From a virus (taxonomy: Duplodnaviria > Caudoviricetes), in IMG/VR virus record IMGVR_UViG_3300024051_000004, positions 1 to 53,069 of that record: 53,069 nucleotides of DNA. One strand, 5' to 3'. Below are positions 1-8,392 of the stretch, piece after piece (position 1 is the first letter of the stretch; every line of letters starts with the position of its first letter). The translations under genes were made by a program, and so were the position numbers. The notes beneath the pieces are model-generated. The model made no database searches and was not told the origin of the DNA. It saw only the letters and a program-made list of their open reading frames with translations.

Positions 1-245
1 CGCGTGAGCGGCTCGCGGCACGTCGCACACGGGCGCTGCGGGAGTCGGCCGAGCGGGCCACGGTGCGCGGCGTCCCGTGGACCGAGGCGGAGATCGTGCT
101 CGCGCTGGACCGGTCCCGCTCGGCGGCGCAGGTCGCGGACCTGCTGGGCCGGTCGAAGGCGGCGGTCGAGCACCAGCGGGCGCGCCGCATCGGGGACGCG
201 ACGAGCGGCCCGCTCCCACGAGGGCGCCGCGCCGCGCAGGCATGA
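1..245 (+). CDS. HTH DNA-binding protein, 5' truncated by window edge
   Basis: Frame is open from position 3 (RERLAARR...ATVRGVPWTEAE...SAAQVADLLGRSKAAVEHQR), HTH-like motif; converges on the late operon. Confidence 0.6.
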   Translation, partial: RERLAARRTRALRESAERATVRGVPWTEAEIVLALDRSRSAAQVADLLGRSKAAVEHQRARRIGDATSGPLPRGRRAAQA

Positions 246-290
246 CGAAACGGCCCCCGCACCTGCCGAAGCAGGGCGGGGGCCGTTCGT
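245..290. terminator. Hairpin between convergent genes, likely bidirectional terminator
   Basis: ACGAAACGGCCCCCGC-ACCTGC-CGAA-GCAGG-GCGGGGGCCGTTCGT inverted repeat. Confidence 0.7.
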
Positions 291-305
291 GTGTGGGTGT
301 GTAGG

Positions 306-635
306 TCAGCTCAGCCCGATGAGGACCCCGTCGTGTGCGACGTACAGGTGTGCGTCGGGGTACGGGATCAACCCGGCAGGGGTGACCTGGTACAGGTTGA
401 CGGTCGATGCGGTGGCCGGTCGGGACGCCTCCGCGTACACGCGGGTCAGGATGATGTGTGCGATCGGCGCGTCAGGGGAGGCCCCGTCGGCGGATACGCC
501 GGTCAGGACGATCCGGGCTGGTGTGCCTGTCCACGGGGTCGCTTCGACCCCGACCGCGGTCAGGACGACCGCGGCGGACGGGGTGTAGTCGACACCGTCG
601 ACGGCGGCGCCGGTGAGGGTGATCGTGGCGGCCAC
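306..635 (-). CDS. Hypothetical protein, last gene of late operon
   Basis: 109 aa beta-rich ORF 3 nt downstream of the preceding gene. Confidence 0.55.
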   Translation of the reverse strand: MAATITLTGAAVDGVDYTPSAAVVLTAVGVEATPWTGTPARIVLTGVSADGASPDAPIAHIILTRVYAEASRPATASTVNLYQVTPAGLIPYPDAHLYVAHDGVLIGLS

Positions 636-638
636 GGG

Positions 639-1913
639 TCAGGCCGCCGTCGCCTCGATGGTCATGCGGACCCCGGTCGCCCACGACGTGATCGCGGTGA
701 TCGATGCGGCGGGGAACGTAACGACCATGTCCGCCTCGCTGTTCGGGACGGATGCCACGGTCTGCGTGGCGCGCAACGTCGTCCCGTCGTACAGCTTGAC
801 GACGATCGACCCGGTCGACGCCCCGGTCTTGTTGCCGCGCAACCGCACGACGAGGGGCTGTTCGGCGGCGGGCGGGGTCATGGGTTGCAGGGTGCCGTCG
901 ATGAGCGCCCCGGTCGGGTTCCCGGGGGACGTGACGTACGTCGCGGACGACGTGTCCGCGAGGACGGCCTGCACGGTCCCGCCGGTCGCGGTCCACCCGG
1001 TGGACGATGCGATGGAGGCGAGGTAGCGGCGGGCGGTCGCGGTGATGGTGACGTCGTCGGAGGCGCTGCCGGAGTCGTCGGTGACGGTGCATCGCAGCAC
1101 GTAGGTGCCTGCGGCGGACGGGGTGAACGTGGTCGTCGCGGCGGTGGACGACCCGAAGGTCCCGGTCCCGCCGGACACGATGGTCCATGCGTACGTCTTC
1201 GACCCGGTCCCGCCGGTAGCGGTCGCGGAGATCGCTGCGGCACCGGCAGCGTCGATCGTCTGGTCCGAGCCCGCGTTCACCGCGAGCGGGGTGGTGCCGA
1301 GCAGGAAACTCACGCTGACGCCCTGCCCGTTCGTCGGGGTCGCGGCAGGCGTGTACGACGCGGTAGCCCCAGACATCGACCCTGCCCCCGCCGGTTCGAA
1401 CGATGCGACACCGAGCATTGACCGCTTCGCACCCGCCGTCGACTTCGCGTTGGCGCCGACCGCAACGAGCGACCCGCTCCACGTGAAGTCCGATGCGGGT
1501 GGGGTCGTCGCGTGGACCTCCGCAGCCGCGAACACCCGGGTCCCGGCCGCATACCCGAGGGTCGGCAGGATCACGTTGTTCGTGCCCTGCGACGAGTTCC
1601 CCGCGGACGCATCCACAGATGACAGCCCGGACACGCGCAGCACCTGCGCGGCCATCGACCCGGACGCTGCGGTCGTGAACGTCAGTGATGTGCCCTCTGA
1701 CCCGGTCGCGGCCTTTGTGAAACAGGTCGTGACACCAGTGATCGCGGACTCCTCGACCTTCGTCCACCCCGCCGGGGTTGCCGGGTAGTCGTCCGAGTGG
1801 CCGACGAACGCGATGAGCGTCTCTCCGGCGGACGGTGCATTCGCCAGGGTGACGGTGACGGACGTGCCGGCGGTCGACGTCGCAGCGGACGCTACCTCAA
1901 TGATCGTTGCCAT
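639..1913 (-). CDS. Putative virion/adhesion protein with PKD/Ig-like domain
   Basis: Ser/Thr/Ala-rich; VNAGSDQT...YAWTIVSG...FTPSAAGTYVLRCTVTDDSG is a PKD-like signature; GGAGG RBS. Confidence 0.65.
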   Translation of the reverse strand: MATIIEVASAATSTAGTSVTVTLANAPSAGETLIAFVGHSDDYPATPAGWTKVEESAITGVTTCFTKAATGSEGTSLTFTTAASGSMAAQVLRVSGLSSVDASAGNSSQGTNNVILPTLGYAAGTRVFAAAEVHATTPPASDFTWSGSLVAVGANAKSTAGAKRSMLGVASFEPAGAGSMSGATASYTPAATPTNGQGVSVSFLLGTTPLAVNAGSDQTIDAAGAAAISATATGGTGSKTYAWTIVSGGTGTFGSSTAATTTFTPSAAGTYVLRCTVTDDSGSASDDVTITATARRYLASIASSTGWTATGGTVQAVLADTSSATYVTSPGNPTGALIDGTLQPMTPPAAEQPLVVRLRGNKTGASTGSIVVKLYDGTTLRATQTVASVPNSEADMVVTFPAASITAITSWATGVRMTIEATAA

Positions 1914-1926
1914 GGGGTCCTCCGGG

Positions 1927-3108
1927 TCAGGGCTTCGTGAGGGTGGACAGGGTGGATCCGGATGCGTCGACCAGGACGTTGGGTCGTTCGGTGCCCCACG
2001 TGACAGCGTCGGAGCTGATCACGGCACGGGCAGCGGGCCCGTACACCCATGACCCGTCGAGGACCTTGTTGCCTTGCACGTCGTACGTCGCGTTCTCGTA
2101 CAGGCGCAGCACGTACCCGCCGCCTGCGCACCAGTTGTCGTGCCAGGTCTGCAGCCCGGCGGCACCGTCGGCGCAGAACAGCGCGGCGTTCGGTGCGCCG
2201 ATCCCGTTGGTGGGTCGGCAGTCGATGTTGCAGCGTTCGATCGTGACGGGACCACTGCCGCCGACGTTCTGCGTCCCGTCGTTGTGGTCGGCGGAGTCCT
2301 GACCCTCGACCCGGATGAAGCATTCGGTCAGGGACACGTTCCCGTTGGTCTTCGCGCCGTCGGAGTTCCCGCCGATGCGACACCGGTATGCGATGTAGTC
2401 CTGGAAGTGGATGCCGTCGTCCCCGGCAGACCCAGGTGTGTCGATGGTGCACCACTCGAGCGTGAACGGCCGGTGTTGTCCGGCGTAGTATCCGGACACC
2501 CCCTGGTCGAACTTACACGCGCGAATGGTGACTCCGGTGCGGTCGATGATGAGCCCGCCCTTGAACCATCGGCGGGTGATCGTACCGCCGTTGGCGACGA
2601 AGTCCGACAGGGACACGGTGGAGTTGTGGACGGTGAGGTCACCGTCGGTGACGTACCGGCCGAGTCCCGTGTCGTAGAACGCGGTGTGACCCGTGTTCGT
2701 CGCGGTGATCTCCGACCCGTGCGCAACCGTCTCCGCCGGGACCGCCGACGTTGTTGCGACCGTCGTGGTGTGCGGTCCAGCTGCACCCTGGTCGTCGACC
2801 GCCCACACCGCGAACGTGTACGCGGTCTCCGCAGCCAACCCCGTTGCGGTGTACGTCAGGACGCCTGCGTCGATGATGACCGGGCTGCCACCGTTGCGGG
2901 TGACCCGGTACGAGTCGATCGTGCCATCACCATCCGTCGCAGCCGTCCACGTCAACGTGACCGCGGACGACGTGACCGTCGACGACAACGATCCGACCGC
3001 ACTCGGGGCGACGTTCATGGGCGGGCCAGGGTCTTCCCCACCGCCCGCACCCACAACCCACAGGGGCCGCAGGACCCCACCCTCGACGATGTACACGGCG
3101 GGGGTCAT
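1927..3108 (-). CDS. Fibronectin type III + right-handed beta-helix protein (putative receptor-binding/depolymerase)
   Basis: VTLTWTAATD...YRVTRNG...YTATGLAAETAYTFAVWAVD (FN3); C-terminal repeats such as DDGIHF, SDGAK, HNDGTQ, VTIERCNI. Confidence 0.7.
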   Translation of the reverse strand: MTPAVYIVEGGVLRPLWVVGAGGGEDPGPPMNVAPSAVGSLSSTVTSSAVTLTWTAATDGDGTIDSYRVTRNGGSPVIIDAGVLTYTATGLAAETAYTFAVWAVDDQGAAGPHTTTVATTSAVPAETVAHGSEITATNTGHTAFYDTGLGRYVTDGDLTVHNSTVSLSDFVANGGTITRRWFKGGLIIDRTGVTIRACKFDQGVSGYYAGQHRPFTLEWCTIDTPGSAGDDGIHFQDYIAYRCRIGGNSDGAKTNGNVSLTECFIRVEGQDSADHNDGTQNVGGSGPVTIERCNIDCRPTNGIGAPNAALFCADGAAGLQTWHDNWCAGGGYVLRLYENATYDVQGNKVLDGSWVYGPAARAVISSDAVTWGTERPNVLVDASGSTLSTLTKP

Positions 3109-3632
3109 CAGGCTTCGATCTCCACCCACACAACCCAGTCCCCATCGGCCGCGTCAGGGGGAGCTGTGGTCGGTTCCGTGGACGACTCGACGACGTGCAC
3201 CGTCGACCCGCCCGTGGCGGGTGCCCAGGTGGGTGCACCATCCACAGTCGTCAACACCAGGTTGTCCGCCCCGACCGGCGGGACACCCGTCGCAGCCGCC
3301 GCCAACGCCGCCGCAGCAGCATCGTCCGCAGCGTCCCGTGCAGCAGTCGCTGCGTCCGCGGCAAGCTCTACGACCGCCTGCGCCGCAGTCCGCGGGAATG
3401 CCCACTGCCCCGACCGCCACACCACGACCGGGGTGTCCTCCACCTGGAACGGCGGCACCACCCCCGCCGAGTTCGCATCGACCGACGACAGGGGAGTCCC
3501 CGACAGGTCGAATGCAGGCAGGGGGGTCGTGAACCCGATGTCGTCGGACGCGTACACCTGCCCAGCTGCGTTCGCAGCAGGCATCATCGCGACATCCACA
3601 GCCAGGAACTGGTCGAACAGGTACATGACCAC
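3108..3632 (-). CDS. Minor tail-like structural protein
   Basis: AAGGAG RBS 8 nt before GTG; beta N-terminus, Ala-rich helix, C-terminal EPTTAPP..DGDWVVWV motif typical of tail proteins. Confidence 0.5.
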   Translation of the reverse strand: MVMYLFDQFLAVDVAMMPAANAAGQVYASDDIGFTTPLPAFDLSGTPLSSVDANSAGVVPPFQVEDTPVVVWRSGQWAFPRTAAQAVVELAADAATAARDAADDAAAAALAAAATGVPPVGADNLVLTTVDGAPTWAPATGGSTVHVVESSTEPTTAPPDAADGDWVVWVEIEA

Positions 3633-3637
3633 GGGTG

Positions 3638-3889
3638 CTACTCCTTGCCGGTGTACGCCTCGGGGATGCCCTTGGCGAGGATCGAGAAGTACGCCTGCGC
3701 GCCGTTCGTGACGGCCTGCCACGCCGCACCGGCCATGCCGAGGGCGGCGGCGGTTAGGAACGACGACGTGAACGCGAACGCGAGACCTGCGGGGACGAGG
3801 AACCCGTTCGCGAGGGACTGTGCCGCGGTGCGCAGGAACGCCCGCCCCGCGGCGACCCGTGTCGTGTCGGGCACGAGGTGCTCACCCAT
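3638..3889 (-). CDS. Holin
   Basis: 83 aa hydrophobic ORF coupled to the endolysin stop; RAFLRTAAQ motif of actinophage r1t-like holins. Confidence 0.7.
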   Translation of the reverse strand: MGEHLVPDTTRVAAGRAFLRTAAQSLANGFLVPAGLAFAFTSSFLTAAALGMAGAAWQAVTNGAQAYFSILAKGIPEAYTGKE

Positions 3890-4791
3890 CAGTGCGCCTC
3901 GAAGTCGACGGTCGCCGTCAGGTTCGACAGGGCCGCCTTCACGGCCTTCGCGACGGCAGTCGGGTCGGTGCCCGCGACCCCGGCTTGGACGAGCTCGGCA
4001 GCGAGCCGCGTCTCGTCGAGGACATCGGCGACACGCGCGGTGACGAGCGGGTCGAGGATCCGCACGACGAAGTCCCCGAACTGCCGCCCGGTGGGGGTGT
4101 CGCGGTTGGCACCCTGCTGGAACAAGGCGTAGACGCCCTTGAGTGCGGACGCCTGCACGGCGTCGAGGTCGGCTGGGGTGAGCGGCATGTCGTCCTCCTC
4201 GGGGTGGAGCAGCGCGAGCGCGCGTGCGTAGATGTCGGGGATCTGGCGGATCTTCGCGTCGCCGGGGCATCGCTTTCCGCGAGCGGTGGAGTAGTGCATG
4301 CCGCCGCCGCGCTGGGTGCGTCCGGCGAGCGGGGACGGCAGGGTGGGGAAGTTCCCGTCGATGCCGAGGCGGTGCCAGGACATCCCGGACGACGACGGGC
4401 CGATCTTCGCGTCGGTCGCCATGTGCACGGGAACCCCGTGGGTGGTGACGGCCCACGCGTAGATGCGGGCGAGCGTCTCAACCTGGGCGGCCGTCCACGG
4501 TTCGGTGTCGGCATTCTTGAGTCCACCCTGCGTCTCGACCGAGATGGTCGCGTCGTTCCCGTCGAGGTCCGCCTCCGCCCGCCACGCGGTGTCGACGTAC
4601 TGCTCGACGGTCCCGTCGCGACGCACGTAGAAGTGCGAGCTCGCACGGCCCTGGGCGTTGAAGAACGACCACAGGGAGACGGCCTCGGACACGGCGACGT
4701 GCAGGTTCACGCGGTTGAACGCGACCATCCGCAGGCCGGACGTGTACTGCTCGTCGATGGGCTTCCAGATCGCCCCGGGGTAACGGGCCAC
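3889..4791 (-). CDS. Endolysin, N-acetylmuramoyl-L-alanine amidase (Amidase_2)
   Basis: VNLHVAV, SSHFYV..DGTVEQYV, ISVET, WH and KRCPG zinc-amidase motifs. Confidence 0.9.
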   Translation of the reverse strand: MARYPGAIWKPIDEQYTSGLRMVAFNRVNLHVAVSEAVSLWSFFNAQGRASSHFYVRRDGTVEQYVDTAWRAEADLDGNDATISVETQGGLKNADTEPWTAAQVETLARIYAWAVTTHGVPVHMATDAKIGPSSSGMSWHRLGIDGNFPTLPSPLAGRTQRGGGMHYSTARGKRCPGDAKIRQIPDIYARALALLHPEEDDMPLTPADLDAVQASALKGVYALFQQGANRDTPTGRQFGDFVVRILDPLVTARVADVLDETRLAAELVQAGVAGTDPTAVAKAVKAALSNLTATVDFEAH

Positions 4792-4806
4792 GGTCGAACC
4801 TCCTGT

Positions 4807-5109
4807 TCAGAGTCGCTGTACGAGCCAACCGACGACCGCGGTCATCACACCGGTCACGATCCCGAGACCGGCGAGGATCACCGCCGCTGCCTGCCACCCC
4901 GACACGCGGGGGCGTCGCGCTGCTTGCTCCACCTCGACGGCACCCACCCGGGACGTCAGGTCCTTGATCCGGGTGTCCGCACTGTCGATGCGATGTGTGA
5001 GCTCGTCGAGCCGTGCCGCGTTCCCTGCGGCGTACGTGTCGAGCTTCCCTTCGAGGCGGGCGAGGGTGACCGGTACGGGTTCGGCCGCGGGGTGCTGGTC
5101 GGTGCCCAT
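4807..5109 (-). CDS. Coiled-coil + C-terminal TM membrane protein (lysis cassette)
   Basis: LARLEGKLD coiled coil followed by one hydrophobic helix; directly upstream of endolysin. Confidence 0.65.
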   Translation of the reverse strand: MGTDQHPAAEPVPVTLARLEGKLDTYAAGNAARLDELTHRIDSADTRIKDLTSRVGAVEVEQAARRPRVSGWQAAAVILAGLGIVTGVMTAVVGWLVQRL

Positions 5110-6260
5110 CAGGACGCCACCATCGCGATCCAGTGGACTGTGCGTTCGCGCCCGTTAGGACCGCCGACGAGACGCGCCTGGATCACTCCAGCGTTCGAGA
5201 TGGATGTGATCCACGGGACGAGCCCCTCGTAGAGTTCCGCACCCATGATCGTGAGGGACACGTTCAGCTGGCCCGTGAGCCCCGTGCTGATCGACCGGGA
5301 TGCCCCGACGACGAGTTCCGCACGCCCGGACGCGAACCCGAGCGCCTTGCGGGCGTTCGCCGCTGTGGACGCGCCCGTGCCACCGTTCAGGATCGGGACC
5401 GGCCCGTTCGTGAGACCAAGCCCCAGCTCGGACCGGGCGAGCGCCGCCTGGGTGCTGTTCCCACTGGCGGACCCGGCAAGCATGGGGATGTGCCCGGCAG
5501 GGATCCCGAACCCGAGGTTCAGGCGTGCACTGGTGGGGTTGCTCGCACCAAGCCCACCAGACGCCATAGGCAGGATCCCGCTGATCTGCGAGGCGGCATC
5601 GATCTTCCCGCTGATCTGCGAGGCGGCATCGATCTTCCCGCTGACCTGCGATGCGGCGTCGACCCGGTAGATCGTCCACACCCCAGTCGACGTGGCCGGG
5701 TTGATGACCCGCACCCACTCGAGCGGCGGGTACCCGATGAGGAGTCGGGCACCGATCGTCGTGATGTACTGCCGCACCGAGTCGGATGCGGCGACCGCAC
5801 CACCGAGACCACGCCACACCCGCAGGTCGATCAGACCGGTGGGTTGCGTCTGCCCGGCAGTGACCTGCACGAGTGCGAGCGGTTGATCGTCGACCGTTCC
5901 CGGGCCCTGGTTCCGCATCCCGAACGTGGCGTTCTGCGACGACGTGCCCTTCACGACCGCCAGGACAGTGACACCACCCGCTCCCGCCCACGACCGGCGC
6001 AGGACGAGCATGTCCCACCGGGACCCGGACGTGACCTCGTCGAACGTGACGACCGCGTCTTCGTCCATCACGTCACGGATGCCGCACCCGGCGGCCATGC
6101 CGGCCTTCACGGTGACTGCACGTGCCGTGCCCGTGTTGACCGATGGGGCGAACCCGTCGATCCCGTCGACCGTGTACGGGACACCGCCCGCGTCCGGCAA
6201 CCAGAGCGACGTGTTGTCCTCAGTGACGGTCCCGCCGTACCCGATCGACTGGATGACCAC
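5109..6260 (-). CDS. Minor tail / tail fibre protein
   Basis: RWDMLVLRRSW...QPLALVQV...DLR baseplate-attachment N-terminus; GGTGA-type fibre motifs. Confidence 0.8.
   Translation of the reverse strand: MVIQSIGYGGTVTEDNTSLWLPDAGGVPYTVDGIDGFAPSVNTGTARAVTVKAGMAAGCGIRDVMDEDAVVTFDEVTSGSRWDMLVLRRSWAGAGGVTVLAVVKGTSSQNATFGMRNQGPGTVDDQPLALVQVTAGQTQPTGLIDLRVWRGLGGAVAASDSVRQYITTIGARLLIGYPPLEWVRVINPATSTGVWTIYRVDAASQVSGKIDAASQISGKIDAASQISGILPMASGGLGASNPTSARLNLGFGIPAGHIPMLAGSASGNSTQAALARSELGLGLTNGPVPILNGGTGASTAANARKALGFASGRAELVVGASRSISTGLTGQLNVSLTIMGAELYEGLVPWITSISNAGVIQARLVGGPNGRERTVHWIAMVAS
5581..5662 (-). repeat. 30-nt in-frame tandem repeat (IDAASQISGK), two perfect copies and one diverged
   Basis: CTGATCTGCGAGGCGGCATCGATCTTCCCG at 5581 and 5611; diverged copy from 5641. 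Confidence 0.95.
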
Positions 6261-6266
6261 GATGCA

Positions 6267-7397
6267 TCAGCTCCCTGTGTGGAGTCGTCGCTGTTGGCGT
6301 GCGACCGCGGCGACTGCGCGGGCGAGGGTGAGGGTGGGGTCGTCGATGCGGTCCCCGACCTGTGGGGTGACCCGCACCCCGGATGCGGACCAGGTGAGGG
6401 TCGCGGACCGCAGGACGTCGGTCACGGTGACCCCGGTGGCGAGCGCGATGGTCACGGTGTCCCCGACGTGCACACCGCGGCCCCCGTACTGGAACGTTCC
6501 GTTCTCGTTGAGGGACACGTGCAGCCCGGTGGTGGGGGCACCGGCGGTGATCGCGGCGGCCATGCGGGCGGTCGAGTCAGTCGTGAACGTCGTGTCGTCG
6601 TGCTTCAGGTCGCGGGCGTCGACGAACTGTTCGATGAGGTCCCCGCTGGTGGTTTCCCGGTCGTTGTCGACGCGGGTGCGGAACGTGCGGGCTTCGTCCT
6701 CCCCGTCGAACCCGCCCACAACCCGTGTGACGGTGGACCCGGACGCCGTGTAGGTGACGTCGGTGAGGGTGCCGCCGTCTTCAGACAGGGTGATCGGCCA
6801 CGTGTCCGTCTCGTAGCAGTCGACGACGAGCCCACCGGCACCCTGTTGGACGCTCACCCCGATCCCGGCCTGGTCGACGAGCGCACCGAGGAGGTCCGCG
6901 GGTGTGTCGAACCGGGCTTGTGCAGTGATCGTGTCGCCACGCCCCTGGTCGGTTGCGACCGTGACAGGCAGTGCGAGGCGGGTGACCGCGGCCTGCAGGA
7001 ACGTCTTCACGACGGTCTCCGCCGGCCCGGTGACCTTGTGCACGGGGGACGTCTGTGCGGTGATCGCCGCGGTGGGGACGGGCCACAGCAGGACCCGCGT
7101 CAGCAGCCGCCAGTCGTCCTCCACCTCGAACGTCCACACCCGTGACGTGGCGTTCCCTTCTGACCGCCACGACCGGACCGGTCCACCGACCAGGTGCTCC
7201 CCGCGGTACCGGATCACGGCACGGGCGCCCGGTGCGGCGAGCAGGGTCACCTTCGGGTCGTCACCGCGCAGGGTGATCGACGCGGTCGGTTGCTGGTTGT
7301 GCCGGGGGGTCGCCACGACCTGCACCGGGTCACCCACCCACCCGGTGCGGGTGAACGTCTTGTCCCAGACGGTCACCTCGACGTCGTCGTTCACCAC
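6267..7397 (-). CDS. Minor tail protein (siphovirus Gp37-like hub)
   Basis: Second gene after tape measure; GPAETVVK, EQFVDARD and FQYG...VGDTVT motifs. Confidence 0.8.
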   Translation of the reverse strand: MVNDDVEVTVWDKTFTRTGWVGDPVQVVATPRHNQQPTASITLRGDDPKVTLLAAPGARAVIRYRGEHLVGGPVRSWRSEGNATSRVWTFEVEDDWRLLTRVLLWPVPTAAITAQTSPVHKVTGPAETVVKTFLQAAVTRLALPVTVATDQGRGDTITAQARFDTPADLLGALVDQAGIGVSVQQGAGGLVVDCYETDTWPITLSEDGGTLTDVTYTASGSTVTRVVGGFDGEDEARTFRTRVDNDRETTSGDLIEQFVDARDLKHDDTTFTTDSTARMAAAITAGAPTTGLHVSLNENGTFQYGGRGVHVGDTVTIALATGVTVTDVLRSATLTWSASGVRVTPQVGDRIDDPTLTLARAVAAVARQQRRLHTGS

Positions 7398-8392
7398 GCC
7401 CGCCGGTACCGGGGTTCCAACCGGACGTGCACGTCACCGGCAGGGTCCGTCACGTTGATCGTCAACGGCACCGACCCGCCCTTCGGGACCGGTTGGAACG
7501 TCGTGGACGCACCAAGCTCGATGGTGCGGTCCGTGCCGGACGGCACCCGGTCAGCCACCCACTGGACGCGTGCAGCGTCGTCGTCGACTGTCGAGTCGAA
7601 CGTGTCGATCTCGACTGCGGTCCGCACCGTCGGGTGCGTGTCGACGACGAGCATGCGACCCGTCTCGATCTCGAACGGCACGTCGATGACACCGTCCGCG
7701 GTGCCGTACTGCCCGGCCGTGCACGCACCGATCCACCACTGCGGCCAGGCGGGCACCTGACCGGGGTTCGTGATGGTCGCCGTGTCGAACGACAAGACGG
7801 CCTCCGCGATCTCGAACGGCGGCCCACCACCCTCGGGGATGAACGGGGGCGGGGACGCGGCAGCCTGTTCGAACGTGCGCACGACCGGTGAACCCAACCA
7901 GTACGGGTCCTCCGCTTGCAGGGTCACCCCGTAGGGCGCCCACCCGCGACGCCCCGGCATGGCATCCCATGACGGGTCACCGTCGGACACGAACCGGCAC
8001 CGCAACGACCGGGTCCGCCCGCCCGGTTGGGTGATCACCCACAGGCCGGTGGCGTCCGGGTCGAGGGACGCCCAGAACGCGGCGTCGTAGTCCAACCACG
8101 CCTGCGACCCGTCGTCGTGCCACACCCACAACGGCCAGAACACCTCACGGACCCCGGCACGGAACCCCTGCCACTGGCCGCCCTCCGTGCCTGCCGTCTG
8201 GTCGACGGTGTGCTCACCGGGGGTGACGCCCATGCCTCGCACACCGGCCTGCATGCGGATCCCCGACTGGCGGGGCCCGTGCAGGGACCACACGGTCCCG
8301 TCGGTGCCGTGCCACTCCATGGTGACCCCCGGCCACAGGTCAGGTGGGGGACCGGGCGGGATGTACGGGACGCCGTAGACGACACCGGTCAC
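7391..8392 (-). CDS. Distal tail (Dit)-like minor tail protein
   Basis: Directly after tape measure; LQAEDPYW and ITNPGQVPAWP motifs. Confidence 0.8.
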   Translation of the reverse strand: MTGVVYGVPYIPPGPPPDLWPGVTMEWHGTDGTVWSLHGPRQSGIRMQAGVRGMGVTPGEHTVDQTAGTEGGQWQGFRAGVREVFWPLWVWHDDGSQAWLDYDAAFWASLDPDATGLWVITQPGGRTRSLRCRFVSDGDPSWDAMPGRRGWAPYGVTLQAEDPYWLGSPVVRTFEQAAASPPPFIPEGGGPPFEIAEAVLSFDTATITNPGQVPAWPQWWIGACTAGQYGTADGVIDVPFEIETGRMLVVDTHPTVRTAVEIDTFDSTVDDDAARVQWVADRVPSGTDRTIELGASTTFQPVPKGGSVPLTINVTDPAGDVHVRLEPRYRRAW

